DNA from: Acidobacteriota bacterium
GTDB lineage: Bacteria; Acidobacteriota; UBA6911; RPQK01; CBDAPI01
Reading direction: 5' to 3'
Assembly: GCA_965249245.1 (NCBI GenBank)
Contig: CBDFLV010000003.1
Span: 87,517 to 151,516 of the forward strand
DNA: 64,000 bases
Both the position numbers and the translations under genes were made by a program. The notes beneath the pieces were generated by a model that did not search any database, was not told the DNA's origin, and worked only from the letters and a program-made list of their open reading frames with translations. Shown here piece by piece: positions 1 to 9,523 of this stretch; position 1 is the first letter of the stretch; each line of letters begins with the position of its first letter.

Positions 1-1
1 T

Positions 2-265
2 TTGTTGAGCGCCGCCTTTGCCATTGTGAATCCCTGGAATGAGCCCGCCAGTGTCGGTCTACTACTTTCCGAAGATCTGGAGATTGCCCGCTTTGACCTG
101 GATCCTCTCCAGCAGCTCACCTTTCATCTGGCGACCCTGGAAGGCATTCCACCGGAATATCAAGGCCCGGTGCTGCTCGAAAGTGACGACGAGGTGGCTG
201 TCACTGCTGTCGCCACGGTCGGGGGTTTGCCGGTCTCGGGACTTTCCGTCGTTGCACTGGATTGA
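2..265 (+). CDS. hypothetical protein, C-terminal fragment at window edge
   Basis: ORF open at the window start; no recognisable motif. A MITE sits immediately downstream. Confidence 0.3.
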   Translation: MLSAAFAIVNPWNEPASVGLLLSEDLEIARFDLDPLQQLTFHLATLEGIPPEYQGPVLLESDDEVAVTAVATVGGLPVSGLSVVALD

Positions 266-410
266 AATCCGGAAGTCCAGGAGGCTGCTCTTCTCGCCTC
301 CCCCCTTTGCCTTTGCCCGTGCCTTTGCCCTGACCGCATTTTCCATCAAGGTTCATGACCAACTCGGTCAGCATTGAGTGGAGTTGCCGTTACTGACGAA
401 TCACGTCCTA

Positions 411-587
411 GCCCGGAAAATTCATAAGTTGTCGAAGCGAAGGGCCGCAAGCGCCGCGCTGGCAAGGCTTTACCTCCGAGGGCACCGCAGGCATAGTCGT
501 GACTCTGTCGAGGAGCCCGAGGAGGGGGAACGCAGCCAGGGCGGATGATGGGGGCGCTGCAGCCGACAACTTATGAATTTTCCGCGC
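411..587. mobile_element. MITE-A copy 1: 177-bp element with ~20-bp terminal inverted repeats GCCCGGAAAATTCATAAGTT / AACTTATGAATTTTCCGSGC, flanked by TA (409-410, 588-589)
   Basis: Near-identical to 5312-5488. The terminal inverted repeats and TA flanks are read directly from the sequence. Confidence 0.65.
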
Positions 588-693
588 TAAGTCGAAAGAA
601 ACGCAAGAGGGATGACGGGCAAGGGCAAAGGCAAGGGAGATGTCTGAAGTGTTATTGCTATTGAATTTATGGGATTTTTGGAGATAATCGAGG

Positions 694-1374
694 GTGATTG
701 TGGATATTGTCTTGCTTGGCGCTCCCGGGTCCGGAAAAGGAACTCAGGGAGAGCGGCTGCGTCAGGAACTGGGGCTTCGACACATCGCCACCGGCGATCT
801 TTTCAGGGCCCATCTAAAGGTCCCAACCGAACTGGGAAGGAGTGCCCGTGTGTATATGGATCGTGGTGAACTCGTTCCTGACGCAACCACCGTACGGATG
901 CTGCGGGGACACCTTGCCCCTGATACCGACGAGACCTCTTCTGGAGCCCTGTTTGACGGCTTTCCACGGACCCTCGAGCAGGCAAGGGCGCTGGAGGAAA
1001 TGCTGGCGGAGCGCGGCCGGCGCGTAGATGGTGTTGTTTATGTTCGAGTCAGTGGAGACGAGATCGTCCAACGACTCTCCGGGCGGCTGATCTGTCGCAG
1101 GTGCCAGGTCCCCTTCCATCGAGCGTTCAGCCCTTTTGTGAGCTGTCCCACAGGAGAGTGCAAGTCAGGTGAGTATCTTTATCAGAGAGACGATGACCGA
1201 CCCGAGACTGTTCGCAAACGTCTAGAAACATATCAAGAGCTCACGGCGCCTCTTGTTGATTACTATCGCCGGAAGGGTCTCCTCTGCGAAGTCGATGGCG
1301 AAGGAACGGTCACCCAGGTGTCGGCTCGGGTTCTGCAGGCGATCGATCGGATTCGGCTTAGCGTTGCAGGATAG
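694..1374 (+). CDS. adk: adenylate kinase
   Basis: N-terminal P-loop GAPGSGKGTQ and a LID domain with the CRRC...C..C zinc knuckle; 226 aa. Confidence 0.9.
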   Translation: MIVDIVLLGAPGSGKGTQGERLRQELGLRHIATGDLFRAHLKVPTELGRSARVYMDRGELVPDATTVRMLRGHLAPDTDETSSGALFDGFPRTLEQARALEEMLAERGRRVDGVVYVRVSGDEIVQRLSGRLICRRCQVPFHRAFSPFVSCPTGECKSGEYLYQRDDDRPETVRKRLETYQELTAPLVDYYRRKGLLCEVDGEGTVTQVSARVLQAIDRIRLSVAG

Positions 1375-1401
1375 ATTCTGAACCGGCGCACAGGAAGCCA
1401 G

Positions 1402-3639
1402 ATGGACAACAAGGCACTCAAGCGAAGGCCCAGGCGCTCGACTGCGGCAGAGTCTGCCACGGAAGCGAGCGGAGCCACGCCAAGCCTTCCCCTCGTCGAG
1501 ATCCAGCTACCTCGAACCGGGGTCCCCGATGAACCGCCTGGACCCATCCGTGATCTGGAGCGGTCATCCAATTTCATTAATCGGGAACTCAGCCTGCTGG
1601 AGTTCCAGTGCCGGGTTCTCGACGAAGCCCGGCAGGCCCAGAATCCACTCCTGGAGAGATTGAGGTTCCTGAGTATCGTGGGCTCGAACCTGGATGAATT
1701 CTTCATGGTAAGGGTGGCGGGCCTCAAAGAGCAGGTGGCCGCGGGAGTCCTGGACGTTTCTCGTGACGGGCTGACCCCGGCAGAGCAGTTGGTCGAGATT
1801 CGAAAACGGGCCTCTCAGCTGATGGATGATTCGCGGAGCTGTTTCAGTCGCGAGCTTCAGCCTTTGCTGAAGAAGAACGGCATTCACGTGACCGACTACC
1901 AGGATTTGAAGACGAAACAGAAGAGAAAGCTGAAACGGCTTTTCGAGGAGTTGGTTTTCCCGATTCTCACTCCACTGGCTCATGATCCGGGGCGCCCCTT
2001 TCCGTTCATTTCGAATCTGAGTCTCAACCTGGCTGTGTTGGTTCGCGACAAAAAAGGGAGGGAGCATTTTGCCAGGGTGAAGGTGCCGGGAACCATCCCC
2101 AGGCTGGTTCCTTTGAATTCAACTGAACGGGGCAAGAGCGGTCGTCTCCCCGCCAGCATCTCTTTCACGTGGATGGAACAGGTGATAGCGGCCCATCTCG
2201 ACGCTCTTTTTCCCGGCATGGAGGTGGTGGAATCTCATCCTTTTCGTGTCACTCGAAGCGCCGACATGGTGATTCAGGAGTTGGAAGCCGGTGATCTTCT
2301 CGAGACCGTGGAGGTGACGGTGCGCCGCCGCCAGTTCGGCCGCGTGGTGCGGGTTGCGGTGAGCGGAGGCATGCCCAGGCACGTCAGAGAGATCCTGATG
2401 AAGAACATGGAACTCGAGAAGGCGGATCTGTACACGGTTGACGGCCCCCTCGGCTTCAGTTCCCTGATGGCCATTGCCAGTCTGGAGAAGCCTGAACTCA
2501 GGTATCCCCTCTTTTCTCCGAGGCAGCTGGGAAGCACATCAGAGGGGACCCAGGGCGACGGCATCTTTGGCGAGATTCGAAAGCGCGACATTCTGCTTTA
2601 TCATCCCTTCGACTCCTTTGTCCCAGTGGTCGACTTTCTGAAACAGGCTGCCAGCGATCCGCGTGTCCTGGCCATTAAGCAGACGCTCTATCGGGTGGGA
2701 TCGGATTCACCCGTTGTCGATGCCCTGCTGGAGGCCAGGGACAACGGCAAGCAGGTCGCGGTTCTGGTGGAGCTCAAGGCTCGTTTTGACGAGGCAAGCA
2801 ACATCAACTGGGCACGCGCTCTGGAGCGTGAAGGGGTCCATGTTGTGTACGGGCTTCCCGGTCTCAAGACACACTGCAAGGTAGCCCTGGTCGTGCGCAG
2901 GGAAGACGACGGGATTCGCAGATATGTCCACGTGGCCACCGGTAACTACAATGCCGTGACCGCCCAGCTGTACACCGACCTGGGAATGTTTACCTGTGAT
3001 CCGGACATAGGTGCCGACGCAACCGACCTGTTCAATTATCTGACCGGCTACTCTGCAAAACGGCGATTTCGCCGCCTGCTGGTGGCTCCGATTAACCTTC
3101 GAGAGGAGATGTCGTCACTGATCGAGCGAGAAGTACGGCATCAGCAACTGGGGAAGTCGGGACACCTCATCTTCAAGATGAACTCACTGGTGGACACGCA
3201 GATGATCAAGCTGCTCTATCGCGCCTCGCAACAGGGAGTGAGAGTGGACTTGCTGGTTCGAGGGATCTGCTGCCTGAGGCCGGGCGTCGCCGGTTTGAGC
3301 GAGAATATCCGTGTGGTTAGCCTGGTCGGGAGATTTCTGGAGCACAGTCGTATCTACCTGTTCCGCAATGGCGGGAATCTGGAAATCTATCTGGGCAGTG
3401 CGGACTTGATGCCCAGAAACATCGATTCGCGCGTGGAAGCGCTGGCGCCGGTATCGGATTCCAACTTGATCGCCGAACTGTGCGAGATTCTCGAGGTCCA
3501 GTTGGCCGACAATGCCAACGCCGCGTTGCTCCAGGCGGACGGAACCTACACCAGGGTCGAAGCTGCAACGACGCCCGTTCTGGACAGCCATCAATATTTC
3601 ATCGACCAGGCTGAATCGGGTGACGTTCTCTCTCCCTGA
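1402..3639 (+). CDS. ppk: polyphosphate kinase 1
   Basis: 745 aa; PPK1-like N, H and two PLD-like C domains with HxK motifs (THCKVALV). Fits the usual adk-ppk neighbourhood. Confidence 0.9.
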   Translation: MDNKALKRRPRRSTAAESATEASGATPSLPLVEIQLPRTGVPDEPPGPIRDLERSSNFINRELSLLEFQCRVLDEARQAQNPLLERLRFLSIVGSNLDEFFMVRVAGLKEQVAAGVLDVSRDGLTPAEQLVEIRKRASQLMDDSRSCFSRELQPLLKKNGIHVTDYQDLKTKQKRKLKRLFEELVFPILTPLAHDPGRPFPFISNLSLNLAVLVRDKKGREHFARVKVPGTIPRLVPLNSTERGKSGRLPASISFTWMEQVIAAHLDALFPGMEVVESHPFRVTRSADMVIQELEAGDLLETVEVTVRRRQFGRVVRVAVSGGMPRHVREILMKNMELEKADLYTVDGPLGFSSLMAIASLEKPELRYPLFSPRQLGSTSEGTQGDGIFGEIRKRDILLYHPFDSFVPVVDFLKQAASDPRVLAIKQTLYRVGSDSPVVDALLEARDNGKQVAVLVELKARFDEASNINWARALEREGVHVVYGLPGLKTHCKVALVVRREDDGIRRYVHVATGNYNAVTAQLYTDLGMFTCDPDIGADATDLFNYLTGYSAKRRFRRLLVAPINLREEMSSLIEREVRHQQLGKSGHLIFKMNSLVDTQMIKLLYRASQQGVRVDLLVRGICCLRPGVAGLSENIRVVSLVGRFLEHSRIYLFRNGGNLEIYLGSADLMPRNIDSRVEALAPVSDSNLIAELCEILEVQLADNANAALLQADGTYTRVEAATTPVLDSHQYFIDQAESGDVLSP

Positions 3640-3695
3640 GGGTTCAAAAATCCCAATGTGACAGTACTTTGTAAAAGACCCGGCGACATTTTCGC

Positions 3696-5312
3696 GTGAC
3701 CCATCCCCGATGGATGCGAGGTTCTGATGTGAGGAGACGACCGGAGCGTCTCGACCGTGCAGGCCGGCAAGGGACCTGGGACGTCCTGGTGATCGGGGGC
3801 GGAGCCTCGGGTCTCGGCTGTGCTCTGGCCTCTGCAGAGCGAGGATACAGCACGCTGCTGCTCGAGCAGGCCGATCTGTCCAGTGGAACCTCAAGCCGCA
3901 GCACCAAGCTCATTCACGGTGGTGTGCGCTACCTTCGACAGGGAAACGTGGGACTGGTGCGTCAGGCCCTGGCCGAAAGGGGGAGGCTGATCCGGAGCGC
4001 CCCTCATCTGGTACAAAGGCTGGCTCACCTGGTTCCCGTATTCAGTCAATGGGAGAGGCTCTTCTACGGATCGGGGCTCAAGATCTATGACCTCCTGGCC
4101 GGTTCGAGCAGCCTCGGCGCCTCGTCGTTTCTCTCCAGGGCCGAAACCATGACTCACTTTCCTGTTCTCAAGGCCAATGGCTTGAAGGGCTCTGTTCAAT
4201 ACTATGACGCGCAGTTCGATGACTCCCGGCTGGCGGTCAGCCTGGCCCGCTCGGTCGAACATCTGGGCGGACTGATCCTGACCTATGTACAGGTGCACGC
4301 CTTTCTGAAGGACAATGACCGACTGACCGGAGTGGTTGCACAGGACCTGGAAACCGATGGCGAGATTCGTGTCAGGGCCAGAGTGATCATCAATGCGACC
4401 GGGGTCTTTTCGGATGCCCTCAGGACGCTGAATCATCCTTCTCATCGAAAGCAGGTCCTGGCCAGCCAGGGCACGCACATCGTACTGTCCCTGGGTCGAA
4501 TGTCTGCTACTAGAGGTCTCCTCATCCCGAAAACCAGAGATGGTCGGGTTCTCTTTCTCCTGCCGTGGCATGGGGTGCTACTGGCCGGGACCACGGACGT
4601 CGCGGTTTCCGAGGCCGGTCTGGAGCCGGCTCCCTCGCGGGCCGAAGTCGAGTACATTCTCGAGCATCTTGCCGGGTACCTCGAGCCCGCTCCATCTGTC
4701 AGTGATTGTCTCAGCGTCTTCGCCGGCCTCCGGCCTCTCATTCAAGCCAAACCAGGGGAGGGCACCGCCAACCTTTCCAGGGAACATGCCGTGGTTGTGG
4801 ACCCGTCCGGGCTGGTCAACCTGATCGGTGGCAAGTGGACGACCTTCCGCCTCATGGGCGAAGACACGGTGGACCAGGCAGCCCGAGTTGGAGACCTCCC
4901 GCCAGCCGCGACGAAAGATCATCTCTGGCTTGCGGACTGCCCCCGATCGTCAGACGAGAACACGTCGGAGACTTTCGACGCCCTTCGCGTTTACGGCAGT
5001 GAGCGAAAGAAACTGGAGGAGCTATGCAAGGACACTCCGGCCCTTGCCCTGCCCTTGCACCCTCGATTGCCCTATCGGATGGTCCAGGTCATCTGGGCGG
5101 TTCGAGAGGAGTACGCCCGGACTGTGGAGGACGTTCTTTCGCGCCGGACCCGTGCCCTGATCCTCGATGCTTCGGGCAGCGTCGAGGCGGCGCCCGCGGT
5201 GGCCAGACAGATGGCACGCGAGTTGAACAAGAATGCTGCCTGGGAGGCTGATCAGGTCCGGGCCTACGAACAACTGGCCCTAAACTACAGGGTCGATCAT
5301 CTGTCCGACTAG
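3696..5312 (+). CDS. glpD: FAD-dependent glycerol-3-phosphate dehydrogenase
   Basis: N-terminal FAD fold VLVIGGGASGLGCA...KLIHGGVRYL; ~540 aa as expected for the GlpD/GlpA family. The stop codon TAG overlaps the MITE terminus. Confidence 0.8.
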   Translation: MTHPRWMRGSDVRRRPERLDRAGRQGTWDVLVIGGGASGLGCALASAERGYSTLLLEQADLSSGTSSRSTKLIHGGVRYLRQGNVGLVRQALAERGRLIRSAPHLVQRLAHLVPVFSQWERLFYGSGLKIYDLLAGSSSLGASSFLSRAETMTHFPVLKANGLKGSVQYYDAQFDDSRLAVSLARSVEHLGGLILTYVQVHAFLKDNDRLTGVVAQDLETDGEIRVRARVIINATGVFSDALRTLNHPSHRKQVLASQGTHIVLSLGRMSATRGLLIPKTRDGRVLFLLPWHGVLLAGTTDVAVSEAGLEPAPSRAEVEYILEHLAGYLEPAPSVSDCLSVFAGLRPLIQAKPGEGTANLSREHAVVVDPSGLVNLIGGKWTTFRLMGEDTVDQAARVGDLPPAATKDHLWLADCPRSSDENTSETFDALRVYGSERKKLEELCKDTPALALPLHPRLPYRMVQVIWAVREEYARTVEDVLSRRTRALILDASGSVEAAPAVARQMARELNKNAAWEADQVRAYEQLALNYRVDHLSD

Positions 5313-5488
5313 CCCGGAAAATTCATAAGTTTTCGAAGCGAAGGGCCGCAAGCGCCGTGCTGGCAAGGCTTTACCTCCGAGGGCACCGCAGGCATAGTCG
5401 TGACTCTGTCGAGGAGCCCGAGGAGGGGGAACGCAGCCAGCGCGGATGATGGGGGCGCTGCAGCCGAAAACTTATGAATTTTCCGGGC
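5312..5488. mobile_element. MITE-A copy 2, TA-flanked (5310-5311, 5489-5490)
   Basis: 177 bp, >95% identical to 411-587 with the same terminal inverted repeats. Confidence 0.65.
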
Positions 5489-5490
5489 TA

Positions 5491-5649
5491 GTGTACTGTC
5501 CGGGAAGTTCGCGGTGTTAATTCGGGATGGATTTTCGTCGACAGTGAGGCGCGCGACGCAGGAAGGCCGGGTGTCTTTCGAGGTAGCGCAACAAAGCTGT
5601 CGGCGAAAAGACGCCTGAAGTAGCGGCGTGAACTTTCCGGACAGTGCAC
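5491..5649. mobile_element. MITE-B: 159-bp element with 23-bp terminal inverted repeats GTGYACTGTCCGGRAAGTTCRCG, TA-flanked and sharing the TA at 5489-5490 with MITE-A
   Basis: Inverted repeats at 5491-5513 and 5626-5649; TA at 5650-5651. The inverted-repeat core CCGGRAAGTTC resembles the MITE-A terminal inverted repeat. Confidence 0.5.
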
Positions 5650-5717
5650 TAGGTGGAATGCAAAGTGGGAGGGACCAGAGCGGGAGGGGTTCCAAGGTTC
5701 CAGGGCGAGGTGACGCC

Positions 5718-6407
5718 TCACCGTTGTGTTCCTCGCCGCAGACTATCGAGCAGTGACCTGGCAGTGTTGGAGAGAAAACCTCCCGATCCCTCCCCTTGCT
5801 CTGCCGATGCCAGCAGTTGCTCTAGAACCTGGAGCACGGCAGCCGATCCGTTGGACGTGTCCAGATCCTGAATTTCGACAGTTCCCATGTCCACAACAAA
5901 CGGCTCGAGGCTCCCCAGCAGGCTGAGCCGGGCGGTCACATCGTTAAGGAGTACGTGGTCGATCTTGAGGGAGAAGGAGCTGGAACCTGCCAGGGCTGCA
6001 GCCGTGGCTGTCTTCCCCTTGTTCAGGCTCTCCACAATGGGCTGGTAGTTGAACCTCAGCCCTTTTCGCTCAATCAGAAGCTGAACCGGACTTGCCTCGA
6101 TCTCAGAGATGTGGCCCTGCTCGGAAAGAAAGCTCAGCAGGTCCGCGCTCACACGCAGTTGGCCGACTTCGGCGAAAGAAGCGTCGCTGAACCCCGCAGG
6201 GTTGGCCACCGTGAGACCCTCCACTTCGATCTTTCCCCAAAAAGGAGACACCCGGACTTCCTCGACGGTTACTGTCACTCCCAGATAGTCGGTCCCAAGC
6301 TGGCTGACCTTGGTCCTCGCGAAGGAGTTGAGCAAGCCTGGACCCGGCCACAGGAAGAGTGCTGTCAGAAGCAGGCCGACCAGGCAGAGGATGAGAAGTC
6401 GTTTCAT
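5718..6407 (-). CDS. hypothetical periplasmic/membrane-anchored protein (AsmA/DUF748-like N-terminus?)
   Basis: N-terminal signal anchor MKRLLILCLVGLLLTALFLW. Likely start at an internal Met (6405-6407). No catalytic motif. Confidence 0.45.
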   Translation of the reverse strand: MKRLLILCLVGLLLTALFLWPGPGLLNSFARTKVSQLGTDYLGVTVTVEEVRVSPFWGKIEVEGLTVANPAGFSDASFAEVGQLRVSADLLSFLSEQGHISEIEASPVQLLIERKGLRFNYQPIVESLNKGKTATAAALAGSSSFSLKIDHVLLNDVTARLSLLGSLEPFVVDMGTVEIQDLDTSNGSAAVLQVLEQLLASAEQGEGSGGFLSNTARSLLDSLRRGTQR

Positions 6408-7294
6408 GTTTTCTCCCGGGCGTCCCATCGAGGGACTCTCTCGGACAGATCCGGCCTCTCCAGCCGACTACAAAGCTGCTCGAAGGCGGGTTTTGGGACT
6501 CCCGCCCATTTTACATCGTCTACGGTGAACCCCAGCTCAACATCCAGGCGGAGACTTGCCAGCTGCCGGTACAGAAGAACTTCCGGCCACGCTTCCGCCA
6601 GGTTGTGAGCGAGCCGGCTGGCGCCACGAACCTGGATGACCCACTCGTCCATCCTGCGGGGGATCCCTTCCAGATACTTATAGTGCTCCAGTACTATGGC
6701 TGCCGACTTCTTTCCCCAGCCGCGTATCCCCGGAATTCCATCAGCGCTGTCTCCCACCAGTGCCAGCCAGTCGGGAATGGACGAAGGGTCAACTCCATAC
6801 TTGTCCCGAACTCCCTGCTCGTCGATCATTAGCCGGTTGCGCCGGTCAAAGCAGACCACGCGCTGGTCAACGACGCATTGGGCCAGATCCTTGTCGGGAG
6901 TACAGATGAGAATCTGTGACACCAGCGGGTTCCTCGACCATTTTGCGGCGGCAGAGGCCAGAGCATCGTCCGCCTCAAACTCAACCATGGGCCAGAAGGC
7001 CACTCCCATAGCCCGCGCCGCGTCCTCAACTAGGATGAACTGGGACAGAATCAGTGGATCAACTCCTGCTCCTGTCTTGTACCCTTCAAAGAGATCGTTG
7101 CGAAAGGATTCGATCACGTGATCGAATGCACATGCGATGTGCGTCACTTCACCGCTCTGCAGGAGCCCCAGGACGGACCGAACGAAACCAATCGTCGCTC
7201 CCACCTCCTCTCCCGACGAAGTCAGCCGAGAAGGGGCACCGTAGAAAGCTCTGAACAGCTCATAGGTGCCGTCAAGCAGATGTATTCGGAACAT
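6404..7294 (-). CDS. 5'-3' exonuclease (FEN/PolI N-terminal-like, Xni/ExoIX type)
   Basis: 296 aa; N-terminal MFRIHLLDGTYELFRAFYGAP and acidic metal-binding clusters typical of the 5'-3' exonuclease / H3TH fold. Confidence 0.75.
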   Translation of the reverse strand: MFRIHLLDGTYELFRAFYGAPSRLTSSGEEVGATIGFVRSVLGLLQSGEVTHIACAFDHVIESFRNDLFEGYKTGAGVDPLILSQFILVEDAARAMGVAFWPMVEFEADDALASAAAKWSRNPLVSQILICTPDKDLAQCVVDQRVVCFDRRNRLMIDEQGVRDKYGVDPSSIPDWLALVGDSADGIPGIRGWGKKSAAIVLEHYKYLEGIPRRMDEWVIQVRGASRLAHNLAEAWPEVLLYRQLASLRLDVELGFTVDDVKWAGVPKPAFEQLCSRLERPDLSERVPRWDAREKT

Positions 7295-7401
7295 TTCCCG
7301 ACCTCGTCATTTCGGCAGACCCTTATCAACAGCTTTCTCACAGTTGTGGAAAAGACCTTGTGGATTGTTCATTCTTCGGTAACCAGGTGAAGCAACACCG
7401 A

Positions 7402-9348
7402 TCATTCAGTCGTCTCCGGCGGGCTCGTTGCTTCTTCGTACATGGCGTCGATGATCTCAGCGAACTGGCTGCGAACCCGGTTCCGACGAACCTTCAGAGT
7501 CGGAGTCAGAAGGCCGTTCTCGACAGTCAGTTCGGCCGGAACGACCCGAAACTGTTTGATTGTAGACCAGTGCGGCAGCCCCTGGTTGCTTCGTTCAACC
7601 GTGTTCTGAAAGTGCTCCTTCACCTTTGGATGACCGAGTTGTTCTTCCGGCGTCAGCTGAGCCGGAATCCCCCCCCGTGCTGCGTAGCCGGCGAGGTTCC
7701 CGAAGGAAGGGAAAATGAGGGCCGCGCAGAACTTCCGGGCAGCTCCAACCACCAGGACCTGATCCACCAGTGGATCTGCAATCAGCCCGGCCTCCAGCGG
7801 CTGAGGCATCACATATTTCCCGGTAGACAGCTTGAAAAGATCCTTCTTGCGGTCAGTGATCTGCAGAAGGCCGAGCTCGGTGAAGCGGCCAATGTCGCCT
7901 GTGTGGAGCCAGTTGTCGGAGTCGATGCATTCGCGAGTTCTTTGCGGGTCGCGGTAATAGCCCTTCATTATGTTGGGTCCCCGGGTCAGGATTTCACCGT
8001 CCGGGGCTATAGCTACTTCGATGCCCGGCAAGGGGATGCCGACTGTAGTAGCACGGTTGAATCCCGGTCGGTTACAACTGATGGTGGGGCTGGTTTCGGT
8101 GAGTCCATAGCCTTGAAGCACCTGAATCCGGGCTGCCGCGAACAGGTTGACCAGATCGGGCTGCAGCGGCGCACCCCCGCAGATAATGAAGTTGACCCGA
8201 CCTCCCAGGGCCTTTCGCCATTTTGAAAAAACAAGTCGATCGGCGGTTTTCAACTTGACCCGGTCCCAGCCGGCTGAACCGGTTGCCAGATCGTAATTCC
8301 TGGCCATCCCGAGCGCCCAGTCGAAGAGTTTCCTACGAAGTCCCTGCAGTTGCTGACCGCGCTCCAGAATGCGGTCATGGAACTTTTCGAGGACCCGGGG
8401 AACCGTCGCGAAAATCGTGGGACGGACCATGCGGAGACCCTGGGAGATCTCGTCGGGAGTGACAAAAAAGACGCTGACACCGTAGTTCAGAAACCCGTAA
8501 TGAAGGGTTCTTGCAAAGGCATGAGTCAAAGGAAGGAAAGAAAGGGCGACATGGCGGCCCCGGTCCATTCCCTCGAGTGCGCTGAAGGAGGTCAATGCGT
8601 TGCAGGTGAGATTTTCGTGAGTGAGCATGACCCCCTTGGGACGTCCTGTGGTCCCCGATGTGTACACGATAGTGGCCAGATCATGGGCATGGATCTGATT
8701 CCTTAAATCGTCAGCAGCTTCGGGATCTTGCTTCAAGCGCTCACGGCCCAGCCGAATCAGTTCCTCCATCGTGGTCATCTGGATTCCCAGCTTCCGGAGC
8801 TGAAGTCCCGAGCCCGAAGCCTCAGGGCCGGGTTGCGCAACGACCACCAGTTCGAGTCTTCGAAGCTCCGGGATGACGGACGAAAGTTGTTCGAGATACC
8901 TATCGTTCGAAACCATCAGAGCTCTGGCCTCGGCATGCTTGAGCACATACTCGATCGAGTCCTGGGTGTGGGTCAGGTAAATGGGAACGTCCACCAGTCC
9001 TGCAGTCAGGCAGGCCATGTCTGCAACACCGAAATAAGTGTCACTGTTCATGAACAGGCAGACACGATCCGCGCGGGCCAGGTTCAGGTCCTGAAGGCCC
9101 AGAGCCAGCTCGTCCGAATACTGCAGAAACTGCTCGGTCGAGACTTCGATCCACTTTCCATCAGACAGTCGGTTGAAGGCTTTTGGAGACGGATTGCGCT
9201 GATGGGCCTCCACCAGCAGGGATGGAACGGTCCGGCCGAGTATGGCCTGACCTGCTTCTGTGTATCCTGGAACGGGTGGGGCCCCCTGCAGATCGGAGGC
9301 CGGAAAAGCCTTTTGACGTTGCCGCGGCTCGTAGGTGCCTTCATCCAT
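7402..9348 (-). CDS. long-chain acyl-CoA synthetase (AMP-dependent synthetase/ligase)
   Basis: 648 aa; AMP-binding signature YTSGTTGRPKGVMLTHENL; FadD/FACS-like architecture. Confidence 0.85.
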   Translation of the reverse strand: MDEGTYEPRQRQKAFPASDLQGAPPVPGYTEAGQAILGRTVPSLLVEAHQRNPSPKAFNRLSDGKWIEVSTEQFLQYSDELALGLQDLNLARADRVCLFMNSDTYFGVADMACLTAGLVDVPIYLTHTQDSIEYVLKHAEARALMVSNDRYLEQLSSVIPELRRLELVVVAQPGPEASGSGLQLRKLGIQMTTMEELIRLGRERLKQDPEAADDLRNQIHAHDLATIVYTSGTTGRPKGVMLTHENLTCNALTSFSALEGMDRGRHVALSFLPLTHAFARTLHYGFLNYGVSVFFVTPDEISQGLRMVRPTIFATVPRVLEKFHDRILERGQQLQGLRRKLFDWALGMARNYDLATGSAGWDRVKLKTADRLVFSKWRKALGGRVNFIICGGAPLQPDLVNLFAAARIQVLQGYGLTETSPTISCNRPGFNRATTVGIPLPGIEVAIAPDGEILTRGPNIMKGYYRDPQRTRECIDSDNWLHTGDIGRFTELGLLQITDRKKDLFKLSTGKYVMPQPLEAGLIADPLVDQVLVVGAARKFCAALIFPSFGNLAGYAARGGIPAQLTPEEQLGHPKVKEHFQNTVERSNQGLPHWSTIKQFRVVPAELTVENGLLTPTLKVRRNRVRSQFAEIIDAMYEEATSPPETTE

Positions 9349-9523
9349 CTTGTAAGTGAATTCTAACCAATTTGGAATCTGGAATCTTCTAGGAGTGAGG
9401 AACCAGGACCTTCAACCGCACGAGCGGCAGTGCCAACCCCATGGTATCGTTGGCTGGCTGTCCCGAGTCGGGTCAGGCCGGCAGTCATCTTTGAACAGAT
9501 TGGCATCGGATCGCCTCTAAGAG

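Noticed and set aside
7360-8226. 288-aa plus-strand ORF
   Set aside because: Antisense to the acyl-CoA synthetase and has no motifs.
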